From: Myxococcota bacterium
Lineage (GTDB): Bacteria > Planctomycetota > UBA1135
DNA length: 64,000 nucleotides
Assembly (NCBI GenBank): GCA_047638975.1
Contig: JBLINB010000004.1
Span: forward strand, 1,161-65,160
Direction of reading: 5' to 3'
A model generated the notes under the pieces. That model did no database searches and was not told the origin of the DNA. It was given only the letters and a program-made list of their open reading frames with translations. This document shows positions 48,386-57,052 of the stretch, in pieces. Position 1 is the stretch's first letter; every line of letters starts with the position of its first letter. Position numbers and translations under genes: made by a program.

Positions 48386-48416
48386 GCCGGAGACGTCTAT
48401 ACGTCTCCGGCTTTTT
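48386..48416 (+). terminator. Rho-independent terminator between secretin 1 and the TPR genes
   Basis: 11-bp perfect stem GCCGGAGACGT / ACGTCTCCGGC, 4-nt loop, then TTTTT. It sits 20 nt after the secretin 1 stop. Confidence 0.75.
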
Positions 48417-48446
48417 CAAAGTCCCCCCGCACACTAATTCGGCCTA

Positions 48447-51263
48447 ATGATCACTGGAATTACCTTTTGTTTAATGTTTGCCTTGCCTCAACAGGCTGGC
48501 TCCGATCTTCTTGCATCAAAGAATGCAGATGCCGCACGCGCAATCACTGCCGAATTTGGTCTTGATTACTGGTCAGAAAAGCTAGTTGAACGTTCGCTAG
48601 CGACTGCAACCTCAGCCGACGGCAAGTCCGACTTATTACTGGCACGTTGCGATGTGTTACGTATGGTTGCTGGCCGTAAGCTTGATGATCTCGAACGACT
48701 TTTTGCTCTTGGCGAAGCTGGTACTGCATACACCGAGTACCTAGAGAGTAATCCAAGTTCTTCGCGCGCGACTAAAGCACAATCAAATCTGGGCATCTTG
48801 GCATTTATTTATGGCCAAACATTAGTGCAGTTGATAAATGGCGGCAGCATCACTGCCGAAGATGTTGCCAAAGCCAGTGAAGAAGCCGACGTCATTTTCA
48901 AGGCTGCCTTAAAAGGGATGAACTCTGTTATCTCATGGTGGGAAAACCTCGGAGACGATGATCCAGAGAAGGCTAGTTCTGAATACACCGACTACCTCCC
49001 TTCTGTGTACAACCGCGCGCTAGTCTATCGCTATTGGGCAGAGTTGTTTGACGAAGGAAGTATTGACAGAGAACAAAAAGCTGAAAAAGCTATTGATTTA
49101 CTCTCTGAATTTGCGCTTGGTGCACCCTTCTTACCGCAGCAACGCGCTTACTCTGCTTTAGCCGACTGCTATGCCGTAATCGGAGAATACGAAGATGCTA
49201 CCGACTACTACCTATATGTTAGTCAACGTGTAAATGACTTAATCGAGCAAGAAGGCAGCACTCTGGGCCTCAATTACATTGCGCTGCTGCAAGACGCTAG
49301 CCAAGAGGCTGTCCTTGGGTTAGTGAAAATGTTCCAGCGCAATGGCGATGCCGCTATGTTCTGGGAGACCTTCAATCAATTCGAAGCATGGGTTACCGAA
49401 AATGACGTAACCGTTAGCCGTACGGGATCTCAGGTGCGCCTTGCTGCTGCTGAGCAAATGATTAATGAAGGTCGCTCCGCCGAAGCTATTGATCTTGCTG
49501 CTGCTGTAGCCGCCGCTAACGAGCGTAACCTTTTGCGCCTACAAGCTAATTCAATCATGGGGCGTGCCATTTCGCTCGCACCTGCTGATGCAAAAATATC
49601 GCTAGACATTCTATACAGCGCTGCAGAAGGTGCTTATTTCCAGAAACGCTTTGACGACGCTATTGACGGTTTCCGTTTGCTAGCTCCCCGCCTAGATTCA
49701 GACGACGAGCAATATGGCGCTAAAACATACTACTACTTAGGTCTGTCTTGGGCAAAACTTGACGAAGCTTTATTAGCAATGGTAAGTCATCAAGTGGGTT
49801 ACCAAACCTACCCTAACGACGAAGAGTATGCTCTAAAGAATGCAGAGAAATGGCAAAAAGCTGCCGAGTCTCTCTCACTAGCTAATCCTGGTGACGAAAT
49901 ACTTCGCGAGTTCAACGGTGAAGCTACCCAGGCAGTAAAAATCCTTGGCGGCGGCGGCGACAACCTCGAGTGGAATCAAGCGAAACAACTTCTTGATTTA
50001 GCAAAGGCTTCGGCACGCGTTGCCAAAGGCAAGGAAGTCACGAGTAGCGAATTCAAAAAAGCGGCTGCGGCATACCAACGTGCCATCGACGCATTGTCTA
50101 GCATCCCAGTCGATAACGATTTTTACGAATACGCGATGGTGACTATAGGTGTAGCCGAATACAACGCCAGCGACTTCGATGCGACTGCGTCCAAACGTTC
50201 TGTCGACAAGCTCAACGAGTACCTCAACGACTACATCACTGACGCGAACAATGATCCGCAAGATCCTCTGCAGCGTAAAGTGCGTAAAGACAAAGAGCCT
50301 GAAGCCGTTTTCTACCTTGGTTTAGCGCAGCGCAAAGACAATAACCACTTAGCAGTTTTAACTAGTTTTGAAGGTTTCTCCGAGCGTTACCCTGATCAGG
50401 CGTCATTGGCTCACGCCACAATGACCTACCGCATTGAAGCCTACATTGCGCTCGACGACGTCGACTCTGCTATTGCCGAATACGAATCAATGCATGCTAA
50501 CAGTGCTAGCGATTCTCGGTTATCCATCGGCGCTTACTACATCTACCTGCACTACCGGGTGCAAACTGAAGCCGCAATCGGAGAAGATCGCTTGGCCTCT
50601 TTGGAGCTGCAAGCCAAATACATCCACGACTTCAATAAGTATGCCGCTGACCCACGCTGGCAAAACCTTCTCGGAGAAGCAGACTTGTTGACATCACTTA
50701 GTGAATTCAAAGACGCTGGTAAGTTGTACGAGTTAATTCTGACTAAGCATGCTAAGTCGAGTGACTTTAGTGACTCTTTTAAATTCAAGACTCAGATTGG
50801 CTTTGTTGAATCTTTATTAGCACAACGCCAGATTGGAAAAGCTGTGCCGCTAATCAATGCCATGCTCGAATCGCGTCCTAGCAATCTACGCGTTAAAACG
50901 GCTGCTGTAAAAGTGAAAGCCGGTTTCTTGCTTTACATCAATAACCGTATTGTTGAAGTCCCTGGCGAAGGTACTGAAGAGGCCTTGACTACTGCTTCAG
51001 GCCTATCTACCGAGATCATTCGGTTAGCTGCTTATCAAGCGGACAACGAAACACCTTCGATTAACAAGTTCTTCTACCCTGATTGGTGGGAAGCACAGGT
51101 TACTCATGGCTATGTGTTGTACCAACGCAACCTTACCTCACCTGCTGATCTCGGCGCGCATAAAAAATTCGTCGAAGGCTTAATGCGTCAAGCACCAGAG
51201 CTTGGTGAAGATGTAGTCGGGCCTAGAGTTTCTGAATCACTTAAGTGGATACTAAACCGTTAA
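48447..51263 (+). CDS. Large periplasmic TPR/all-helical repeat protein
   Basis: 938 aa with a signal peptide. There are many TPR-like Ala/Tyr/Leu-patterned helical pairs throughout and no enzymatic motif. Confidence 0.6.
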   Translation: MITGITFCLMFALPQQAGSDLLASKNADAARAITAEFGLDYWSEKLVERSLATATSADGKSDLLLARCDVLRMVAGRKLDDLERLFALGEAGTAYTEYLESNPSSSRATKAQSNLGILAFIYGQTLVQLINGGSITAEDVAKASEEADVIFKAALKGMNSVISWWENLGDDDPEKASSEYTDYLPSVYNRALVYRYWAELFDEGSIDREQKAEKAIDLLSEFALGAPFLPQQRAYSALADCYAVIGEYEDATDYYLYVSQRVNDLIEQEGSTLGLNYIALLQDASQEAVLGLVKMFQRNGDAAMFWETFNQFEAWVTENDVTVSRTGSQVRLAAAEQMINEGRSAEAIDLAAAVAAANERNLLRLQANSIMGRAISLAPADAKISLDILYSAAEGAYFQKRFDDAIDGFRLLAPRLDSDDEQYGAKTYYYLGLSWAKLDEALLAMVSHQVGYQTYPNDEEYALKNAEKWQKAAESLSLANPGDEILREFNGEATQAVKILGGGGDNLEWNQAKQLLDLAKASARVAKGKEVTSSEFKKAAAAYQRAIDALSSIPVDNDFYEYAMVTIGVAEYNASDFDATASKRSVDKLNEYLNDYITDANNDPQDPLQRKVRKDKEPEAVFYLGLAQRKDNNHLAVLTSFEGFSERYPDQASLAHATMTYRIEAYIALDDVDSAIAEYESMHANSASDSRLSIGAYYIYLHYRVQTEAAIGEDRLASLELQAKYIHDFNKYAADPRWQNLLGEADLLTSLSEFKDAGKLYELILTKHAKSSDFSDSFKFKTQIGFVESLLAQRQIGKAVPLINAMLESRPSNLRVKTAAVKVKAGFLLYINNRIVEVPGEGTEEALTTASGLSTEIIRLAAYQADNETPSINKFFYPDWWEAQVTHGYVLYQRNLTSPADLGAHKKFVEGLMRQAPELGEDVVGPRVSESLKWILNR

Positions 51264-51267
51264 TAAT

Positions 51268-52329
51268 ATGATCCTTAGCACAATCTCATTAGTACTCTTT
51301 GCTGCGCAAGCACGTGTTGACTTGCTTGACGGTTCGAAAGTATTCGGAAACATTTCAAGCATCGACCTTAATAGTGTCGTCCTTGTTGATGGCGAAGATA
51401 ACGAAACTACGCTTACTACCGATAACGTCCTTGATGTGACTCCTGCGACTAACGCAGTGTTCCGCCAGGCAGAAATCGCAGCCAGCAACCTCGACTTCAT
51501 GAATGCTAGTAATGCTTTCGCCGAAGTCGCGTCTAAATCCGAAGACCCTGCCCTGCAATCCTTTGCTGAGCTACGTAGCGCCGAAGTATTAATCGCTTGG
51601 GCGAAAACCGACAACTCGCAATATTCTGCGGCTATCACATTACTAAACACCTGGACGAGCGATAACAGCGAGTCCTTCTGGTTGCCACGTGCGCAGATGG
51701 CTTTGGCCCAAGCGCTAGCGAACACTGGTGATATTGATGGCGCAACCTCTTTGATGTCAGCGCTATCCGACATGGCCTTCGAAAAGAATTTGGCGCGCCA
51801 CATCGAATTGCAGGCCAACATCATTCGCTGCGAAGCGTTCTTGATTGGCCAACAGGCACAGGTCGCCCAAAGTCGCCTCAAAAGTCTTAACGACAAAATA
51901 GGGTCGATGATACGCGATTCAGAGACTCCTGTAGCATTAATGACTACAGCACGCGGACTGTACTCAAAAGTACAGATCCTGTCTGGGCAAGCCATTCAAG
52001 CTACAGACGGAATATCCGCAGCGCAATCCTACTGGCAGGCCCTTGCTGACGATTCTGCGACATCACCGGTTGTGCGCTCTGCCGCATGGCTTGGTCTAGC
52101 CGAGGCCGCTATAGAATCCGGAGAGCTACGTTCTGCGCAGCTACAACTAGCGAAAATTGTCGCGACTATGCCGTCCTCGCCCGATGTAACCCCTCAAGCT
52201 CTTTACCAGCTTGCGTCTGTCAGTAACTCACTGCTAGACACCAAGGCCTCACGCTCAGCAGCTAACCGTCTGAGTACTTATTACCCGAATTCATCTTGGG
52301 CAATAAAAGCGACTTCTCAGGGCCTATAA
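51268..52329 (+). CDS. TPR-like repeat protein
   Basis: 353 aa with an N-terminal hydrophobic segment, a short beta-rich region, then TPR-like helices. It starts 4 nt after the preceding stop. Confidence 0.55.
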   Translation: MILSTISLVLFAAQARVDLLDGSKVFGNISSIDLNSVVLVDGEDNETTLTTDNVLDVTPATNAVFRQAEIAASNLDFMNASNAFAEVASKSEDPALQSFAELRSAEVLIAWAKTDNSQYSAAITLLNTWTSDNSESFWLPRAQMALAQALANTGDIDGATSLMSALSDMAFEKNLARHIELQANIIRCEAFLIGQQAQVAQSRLKSLNDKIGSMIRDSETPVALMTTARGLYSKVQILSGQAIQATDGISAAQSYWQALADDSATSPVVRSAAWLGLAEAAIESGELRSAQLQLAKIVATMPSSPDVTPQALYQLASVSNSLLDTKASRSAANRLSTYYPNSSWAIKATSQGL

Positions 52330-52398
52330 TCTCCTTGGGATTGCTAGAATCGACACCTCATTCAGCGGCAACTCTACCGCAATAAACAACTAACAATC

Positions 52399-53100
52399 AT
52401 GTCAACAGTTCGTAACTTCATCCCAGTATTAGCTGGTGTTCTACTTACCGCTCCTCAGCTGCTTGCAGCCGACGAAGGTGGCGCATCTATCATCGATGGC
52501 ATTAAGAATGCTGGTGCGATTGGTGCTTTCATTATTCTCATGTCTGTGATCGCAATGGCTCTAGTCATCGAGCACTTCATGACTATTAAGCGCGAAAAAC
52601 TTGCTCCGCCAGAAGTAATTGACGAGATTGAAGAATTGTTCAATGACAAGAACTACCAAGAAGCTCTTGAAGTATGCGAGGCACAGCCATGCTACTTCAG
52701 TAATGTAGTACTTGAAGGTATCCGCAAGATCGGTCATCCTTTTGGAACTATTGAAAAGCACCTTGAAGAGAAGAACGAAGAAGAGAACCTGAAGCTACAA
52801 CAGAAAATCGGTTGGCTCAGCCTCATTGCGGGTCTGGGTCCTATGATGGGTCTGTTCGGCACAGTATGGGGAATGGTTGGCGCTTTCGCTAAGATTAGTT
52901 CTGCTGGTGCCGGTGGTGTAAACCCTGCCGACTTCGCGGGTACGATTTCTTTGGCGCTAATGACAACCGTACTTGGTCTCGTTGTTGCGATACCGACTAC
53001 TGCTTTCTACGCTTTGTTCCGCAACAGGGTTCAAATGATGGGTCTAGAAATTGGCACCATCGTTGAAGATCTATTCGAACGCTTTCGCATAGCTAACTAA
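52399..53100 (+). CDS. exbB: MotA/TolQ/ExbB-family proton channel protein
   Basis: Signal-like N-terminus, three TM helices, and the conserved LGLFGTVWGMVGAF motif. Confidence 0.9.
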   Translation: MSTVRNFIPVLAGVLLTAPQLLAADEGGASIIDGIKNAGAIGAFIILMSVIAMALVIEHFMTIKREKLAPPEVIDEIEELFNDKNYQEALEVCEAQPCYFSNVVLEGIRKIGHPFGTIEKHLEEKNEEENLKLQQKIGWLSLIAGLGPMMGLFGTVWGMVGAFAKISSAGAGGVNPADFAGTISLALMTTVLGLVVAIPTTAFYALFRNRVQMMGLEIGTIVEDLFERFRIAN

Positions 53101-53126
53101 GCTGTTCTCTTTAACAGCTAATAACT

Positions 53127-53753
53127 ATGTCAACGAAAAGAAAAGAAGTAGAAGAGATCGAGATCGACATGACGCCGATGATCGACATGACATTCCTGTT
53201 GATCATCTTCTTCATCTTGGTTAATGACATGTCAAAGAAGGACCTCGAACAGCTCAAGCTTCCCATTGCAATGGAAGCCGGGCATGACGAGCCTCCTGAA
53301 CGACGTCAGATCTTGAATATTCGCTGGTTCCCTGCCGGCGGCGTGCCTGATAGTATTGTTACTCAATACCAGCAAATGGGCATCGCAATTCCAGGAGACC
53401 TAGAGTGGTCCGACATCGTGTGGCGTGGTCAAATTCTTTACTACCCTAACATCGATACTGGTGGTCGTACCGACCCTATCCGTAAGGGGCGCGAAGACCA
53501 CTACTGGAAGCTTGCACAAACAATGGAAAACGAATGGGTTCCTTTCTTTGAGCGCAAGATGGATGAGACTTTGGGTATCGAATTACCAGACGATCCCATT
53601 CTATTGCGTGCCGACCGCAACACTCCTTTCAAGTATCTACAGAAGATCATGGAGGTTTGCACACGCGACGGCATCCAAATCTGGAAAGTACAACTTGCCG
53701 CTTCTGAAGATCCAGAAGTTGTTAAGGCTCGTGAAGCAGCTAGAGGTAACTAA
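53127..53753 (+). CDS. exbD: ExbD/TolR-family protein, long form (208 aa)
   Basis: MTPMIDMTFLLIIFFIL TM helix with the conserved Asp. The periplasmic domain ends LLRADRNTPFKYLQKIMEVC. An insertion of about 60 aa is present relative to typical ExbD. Confidence 0.85.
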   Translation: MSTKRKEVEEIEIDMTPMIDMTFLLIIFFILVNDMSKKDLEQLKLPIAMEAGHDEPPERRQILNIRWFPAGGVPDSIVTQYQQMGIAIPGDLEWSDIVWRGQILYYPNIDTGGRTDPIRKGREDHYWKLAQTMENEWVPFFERKMDETLGIELPDDPILLRADRNTPFKYLQKIMEVCTRDGIQIWKVQLAASEDPEVVKAREAARGN

Positions 53754-53755
53754 CA

Positions 53756-54271
53756 ATGGCTAGAAAAAAGAAAAAGTTCAAAGAGATAAAGACTGACATG
53801 ACGCCAATGATTGACGTTACGTTTTTGCTCCTTATTTTCTTCATTGTAACGCTGAAGTTCAAGATTCTCGAGGGGCGCCTAGATGCTGCCCTGCCGAAGG
53901 ATCGCGGTACTTCTGCAAGCGAGGCTATTGAAATCGATAAGATTGATATCTTGCTTAAGGTTGCTGAGCCTGGTGAATTAGTAGAAGACCCCGGTAATCC
54001 GTCCTTGGTGCAATACGAAGGACGTCGTATTCGCGTCGAAATTGGTTCTTTCCAGTACTACTACGACCCGTTTAACATAGATGATCCAGAGAATCCGTTA
54101 CCTGACTTAACGACGTTCTTAAAAGACCCCGCGTACGACAAGGAAGAGACTCCTGTCTCTCTAGATGCCCGAAAAGGCGTCGTCTATGGCGACATTGTGG
54201 TTCTCCTCGATGTCATCATACGCGAAAAGTTCCAAAAGGTGTCCTTTGCTGGCACTCACGAGCAAGACTAA
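53756..54271 (+). CDS. exbD: ExbD/TolR-family protein (171 aa)
   Basis: MTPMIDVTFLLLIFFIV TM helix with the conserved Asp, and a C-terminal VSLDARKGVVYGDIVVLLDV. It starts 2 nt after the preceding stop. Confidence 0.85.
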   Translation: MARKKKKFKEIKTDMTPMIDVTFLLLIFFIVTLKFKILEGRLDAALPKDRGTSASEAIEIDKIDILLKVAEPGELVEDPGNPSLVQYEGRRIRVEIGSFQYYYDPFNIDDPENPLPDLTTFLKDPAYDKEETPVSLDARKGVVYGDIVVLLDVIIREKFQKVSFAGTHEQD

Positions 54272-54408
54272 ACTCTTTAATTTAGCTCATTTAGACACTT
54301 TTTGGCATGGCGAACCCCGTCGAGAATTGCTAATCTGTGCCTTCCTATTCCTCAATAGGACTACCCTGAATCCCCTGCGTTCTTTAGTGTCGTTTCACGC
54401 GATAAAAA

Positions 54409-57030
54409 ATGAAAACATTTCTCAATTCCGCCGCTTACACCATCCCACTTGTACTACTTTTTAGTGCCTGTGCTTCTTCCGAGTCTGACATGGAAACCAC
54501 AACAGACTTTGCTGAAGGGGGAGTTTCTTCGCAGCAACAAAGCGATCCTAATCTCATTCAAGATGCGCAAGCTGCAAGCTCTTTGCGTGATCAGCAAATT
54601 GCAATGTTGGTTCGCGAGCACGTAACCCGTGCCCGTCAAGCATATGCAGATGCACGTCTGATTGAAGCAGAGAACGAACTTCTGGCAGCACTTCAGCTGA
54701 ATGCCGCAGCGGCTGACGCCACTACCCTACTTGAACAAGTACAGGTAGCTTTAGGGCGCGCTAACACCGACATTACTGGCTCTAGCGATGATGTTTTACT
54801 ACGCGCTAAAGCACGTGGCGAACGTTTGCAAGCAGATGCGCGCGCCAACCTCGAAGCGGCTAAGAATCTACGCGCTGAAGGTAACTATGATGCAGCACTC
54901 GGCAAGTTAAACCTTGCAAGTAGTATCGTAAACGGTAGCGACTTAAACCTTAATTGGGGTTCTTTAGATATAGAGATATCTAATCTACTCGAATCTGTTA
55001 CAGACGAGCGCGACGCCGCTATGTCTAACCAACGCGAGATGGCAACACGTGATTCTTTCACTGCTCTGCAGCAGCAACGCCAACTCGAGCTTGAGCGCTT
55101 AAACTTGCGCCGCGATGGCATCCTCGAAGACGCTATTGATAGCTACTCTGCTGGCAAGTTTGATGTAGCCATTGAATTGTGTACTGGCCTAATCGTCGAA
55201 GACCCGCATAACATGCGCGCACAAGAGCTACTTGATACGGCTCAAAAGTCTCGACACCTTAACCTCGAAGATACTTGGGTAAAAGTACGCGCCGATCGTT
55301 TCCGCACGTGGCACGAAGATATCGAAGAGGCACGTGTGATTAATAACGAAATCGTTACCCTGCCTAATGCCGAGCACTGGCGCAAAATCAATGACTTGCG
55401 TAAGAAGTACCGCATCCTTCCAGATAGCGACGAAAACTCTGCAGAAAACAGTCTTTTGAAGAAAGAGATCGTTTCTCAGCGCATACCAAGTTTGGTTTTC
55501 GAAGGTGAAACATCCCTTGAAACTGTAATTGATCAACTACGTACCTTTACTAGCATCCCATTTGTTGTAACACCAGATGCGATTGATGCTGTTGATGCCG
55601 AAGGTATCGAATTCAACCTTAGCATGACACACGAACTTAGTGTCGAGCATGCTCTAAACATCATTACTGATGCGGCTGGCCCTGAAGTGATTTATAGCTT
55701 CCGTCATGGTGTTGTTTACATTACCTCGCTATCGAACGCCTACAATAACTTGGTGTTGCGCCCACACGACATTCGCGACCTTACAGCAATGATTGTTGAC
55801 CAAGCTGCTCCACAAATCGACAAGATTCAGTTACCTGATTCTAGTTTCTCTATGGATGAAGAGGCGCCACAGTTTGGTGGCCCGGTTGGTGAACCAGTAC
55901 CTATCATGGATCCTGACAACATCGCAACCTTAGTGCAGCAAAGTATCGCTACAGGCACATGGGATTCGATCGAGGGTGTTTCCATTCAAGCTCAAAACGG
56001 CCAACTATTCGTACGCCACACTCCTGAAGTGCACCGCGAAATCGAAGAGTTCCTTGAGGGCTTCCGTCGCTACACATCTTCAATGGTTAACATTGAAGCT
56101 AAGTTCCTAGTGATCACGAAAGATTACCTCCAAGAGATTGGCGTTGATTGGCGCGGTGCTCGTACTGCAGCTGCTGCTGGCGGCCAACTGATCCCACTTG
56201 ACGATATCACTTCCGGATTTGACGATAATGCGTCTGCCGCTTTTGATGACAACGGTCTTGGATTGCCTTCTGGCTCAGGCTCTAACCCTACTGCTGGCGC
56301 TTACTACAGTGAAGGTGCTGACGGTTCTATCCGTGCACGTACCGAGGGCATCCTTGGCGACTACGGTTCTCGCCTCGGAGTAGCTGGTGGCCTAGCAATG
56401 CAATTGTCATTTATTGACGATTTACAGTACAGCTTAATCATGAACGCTGTTCGTAAAGACGAGCGTGCACAAGAATTGACTTCTGTGATTCTTTCAACGC
56501 AAAACACTGAGCGCGCATATGCGGCAATGCTTAACCAAATAACTTACATTCAAGATTTTGATGTAGAAGTTGCTTTGGCATCGTTTATCGCTGACCCTGT
56601 TGTTGGCGTAATCTCTGATGGTATCGTGCTTGATGTACGTCCAACCATTGCTCAAAATCGTAAGACTGTTAGCCTAGAGCTACGTCCAACGATTGCTACT
56701 ATCCAGCGCCCTATCGCCGAGTTCACCTCGTCTTTAGCTGGTCTTACAACACCTATTACTATTCAGCTTCCTGAGCTACAAGTAGCATCGGTAAACACGA
56801 CAGTGGTTGTTCCAGATGGTGGTACCGTTGTAATTGGCGGTCTAAAGAAGTTGTTCAACATCGATCAACGCGCTGAGATCCCTTTCCTGTCAGACATCCC
56901 TATACTTAGCCTACTCTTCAAGAAAGAAGGCGAGGCTTCAGAGAATCGTGACGTAATCCTAATGATTACTGCGACCATCATTGATGCTAACGAGTTAAAG
57001 GATCGCCTTGATGCGCAACTTGGCAACTAA
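54409..57030 (+). CDS. Secretin-family outer-membrane channel protein with lipoprotein-like signal and N-terminal TPR-like extension (secretin 2)
   Basis: LVLLFSAC signal. TPR/coiled-coil N-terminal third. N-domain (QLFVRHTPEVHREIEEFLEGFR..MVNIEAKFLVI). Secretin core GGTVVIGGL...EIPFLSDIPILSLLF. It is a paralog of secretin 1 over its whole length. Confidence 0.85.
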   Translation: MKTFLNSAAYTIPLVLLFSACASSESDMETTTDFAEGGVSSQQQSDPNLIQDAQAASSLRDQQIAMLVREHVTRARQAYADARLIEAENELLAALQLNAAAADATTLLEQVQVALGRANTDITGSSDDVLLRAKARGERLQADARANLEAAKNLRAEGNYDAALGKLNLASSIVNGSDLNLNWGSLDIEISNLLESVTDERDAAMSNQREMATRDSFTALQQQRQLELERLNLRRDGILEDAIDSYSAGKFDVAIELCTGLIVEDPHNMRAQELLDTAQKSRHLNLEDTWVKVRADRFRTWHEDIEEARVINNEIVTLPNAEHWRKINDLRKKYRILPDSDENSAENSLLKKEIVSQRIPSLVFEGETSLETVIDQLRTFTSIPFVVTPDAIDAVDAEGIEFNLSMTHELSVEHALNIITDAAGPEVIYSFRHGVVYITSLSNAYNNLVLRPHDIRDLTAMIVDQAAPQIDKIQLPDSSFSMDEEAPQFGGPVGEPVPIMDPDNIATLVQQSIATGTWDSIEGVSIQAQNGQLFVRHTPEVHREIEEFLEGFRRYTSSMVNIEAKFLVITKDYLQEIGVDWRGARTAAAAGGQLIPLDDITSGFDDNASAAFDDNGLGLPSGSGSNPTAGAYYSEGADGSIRARTEGILGDYGSRLGVAGGLAMQLSFIDDLQYSLIMNAVRKDERAQELTSVILSTQNTERAYAAMLNQITYIQDFDVEVALASFIADPVVGVISDGIVLDVRPTIAQNRKTVSLELRPTIATIQRPIAEFTSSLAGLTTPITIQLPELQVASVNTTVVVPDGGTVVIGGLKKLFNIDQRAEIPFLSDIPILSLLFKKEGEASENRDVILMITATIIDANELKDRLDAQLGN

Positions 57031-57052
57031 TCTATCTGATTAGTCTATCTAC

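Noticed and set aside
51252-51995. 247-aa ORF antisense to the 353-aa TPR gene
   Set aside because: It lies wholly within, and opposite to, a well-supported TPR coding frame. The product is low-complexity (Ser/Ala/Leu/Arg rich) with no motif. This is typical of a shadow ORF on the complement of an Ala/Leu-rich gene.
53425-53763. 112-aa alternative-frame ORF inside exbD1
   Set aside because: It is same-strand but out of frame within a gene whose own frame carries clear ExbD motifs. No independent support exists.
54303-54330. Possible sigma-54 promoter (TGGCAT ... TTGCTA) upstream of secretin 2
   Set aside because: The GG and GC elements are about 25 nt apart instead of the required 10 nt spacing of the -24/-12 consensus, so this is a chance resemblance.
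54165-54464. 99-aa ORF bridging the exbD2 3' end and the secretin 2 5' end
   Set aside because: It is out of frame with two strongly supported genes at both ends and has no motif. The 137-nt gap is more likely a regulatory or untranslated spacer.
45796-57030. Reading the locus as a conventional T2SS/T4P, Tol-Pal, TonB or Zorya system
   Set aside because: No GspE/PilB ATPase, GspF/PilC platform, prepilin peptidase or pilins are present, which excludes T2SS/T4P. No TolA, TolB or Pal is present, which excludes Tol-Pal. No TonB or TonB-dependent receptor is present. The ExbB homolog is short (233 aa), lacks the long ZorA tail, and has no ZorC/ZorD-like partners, which excludes Zorya.
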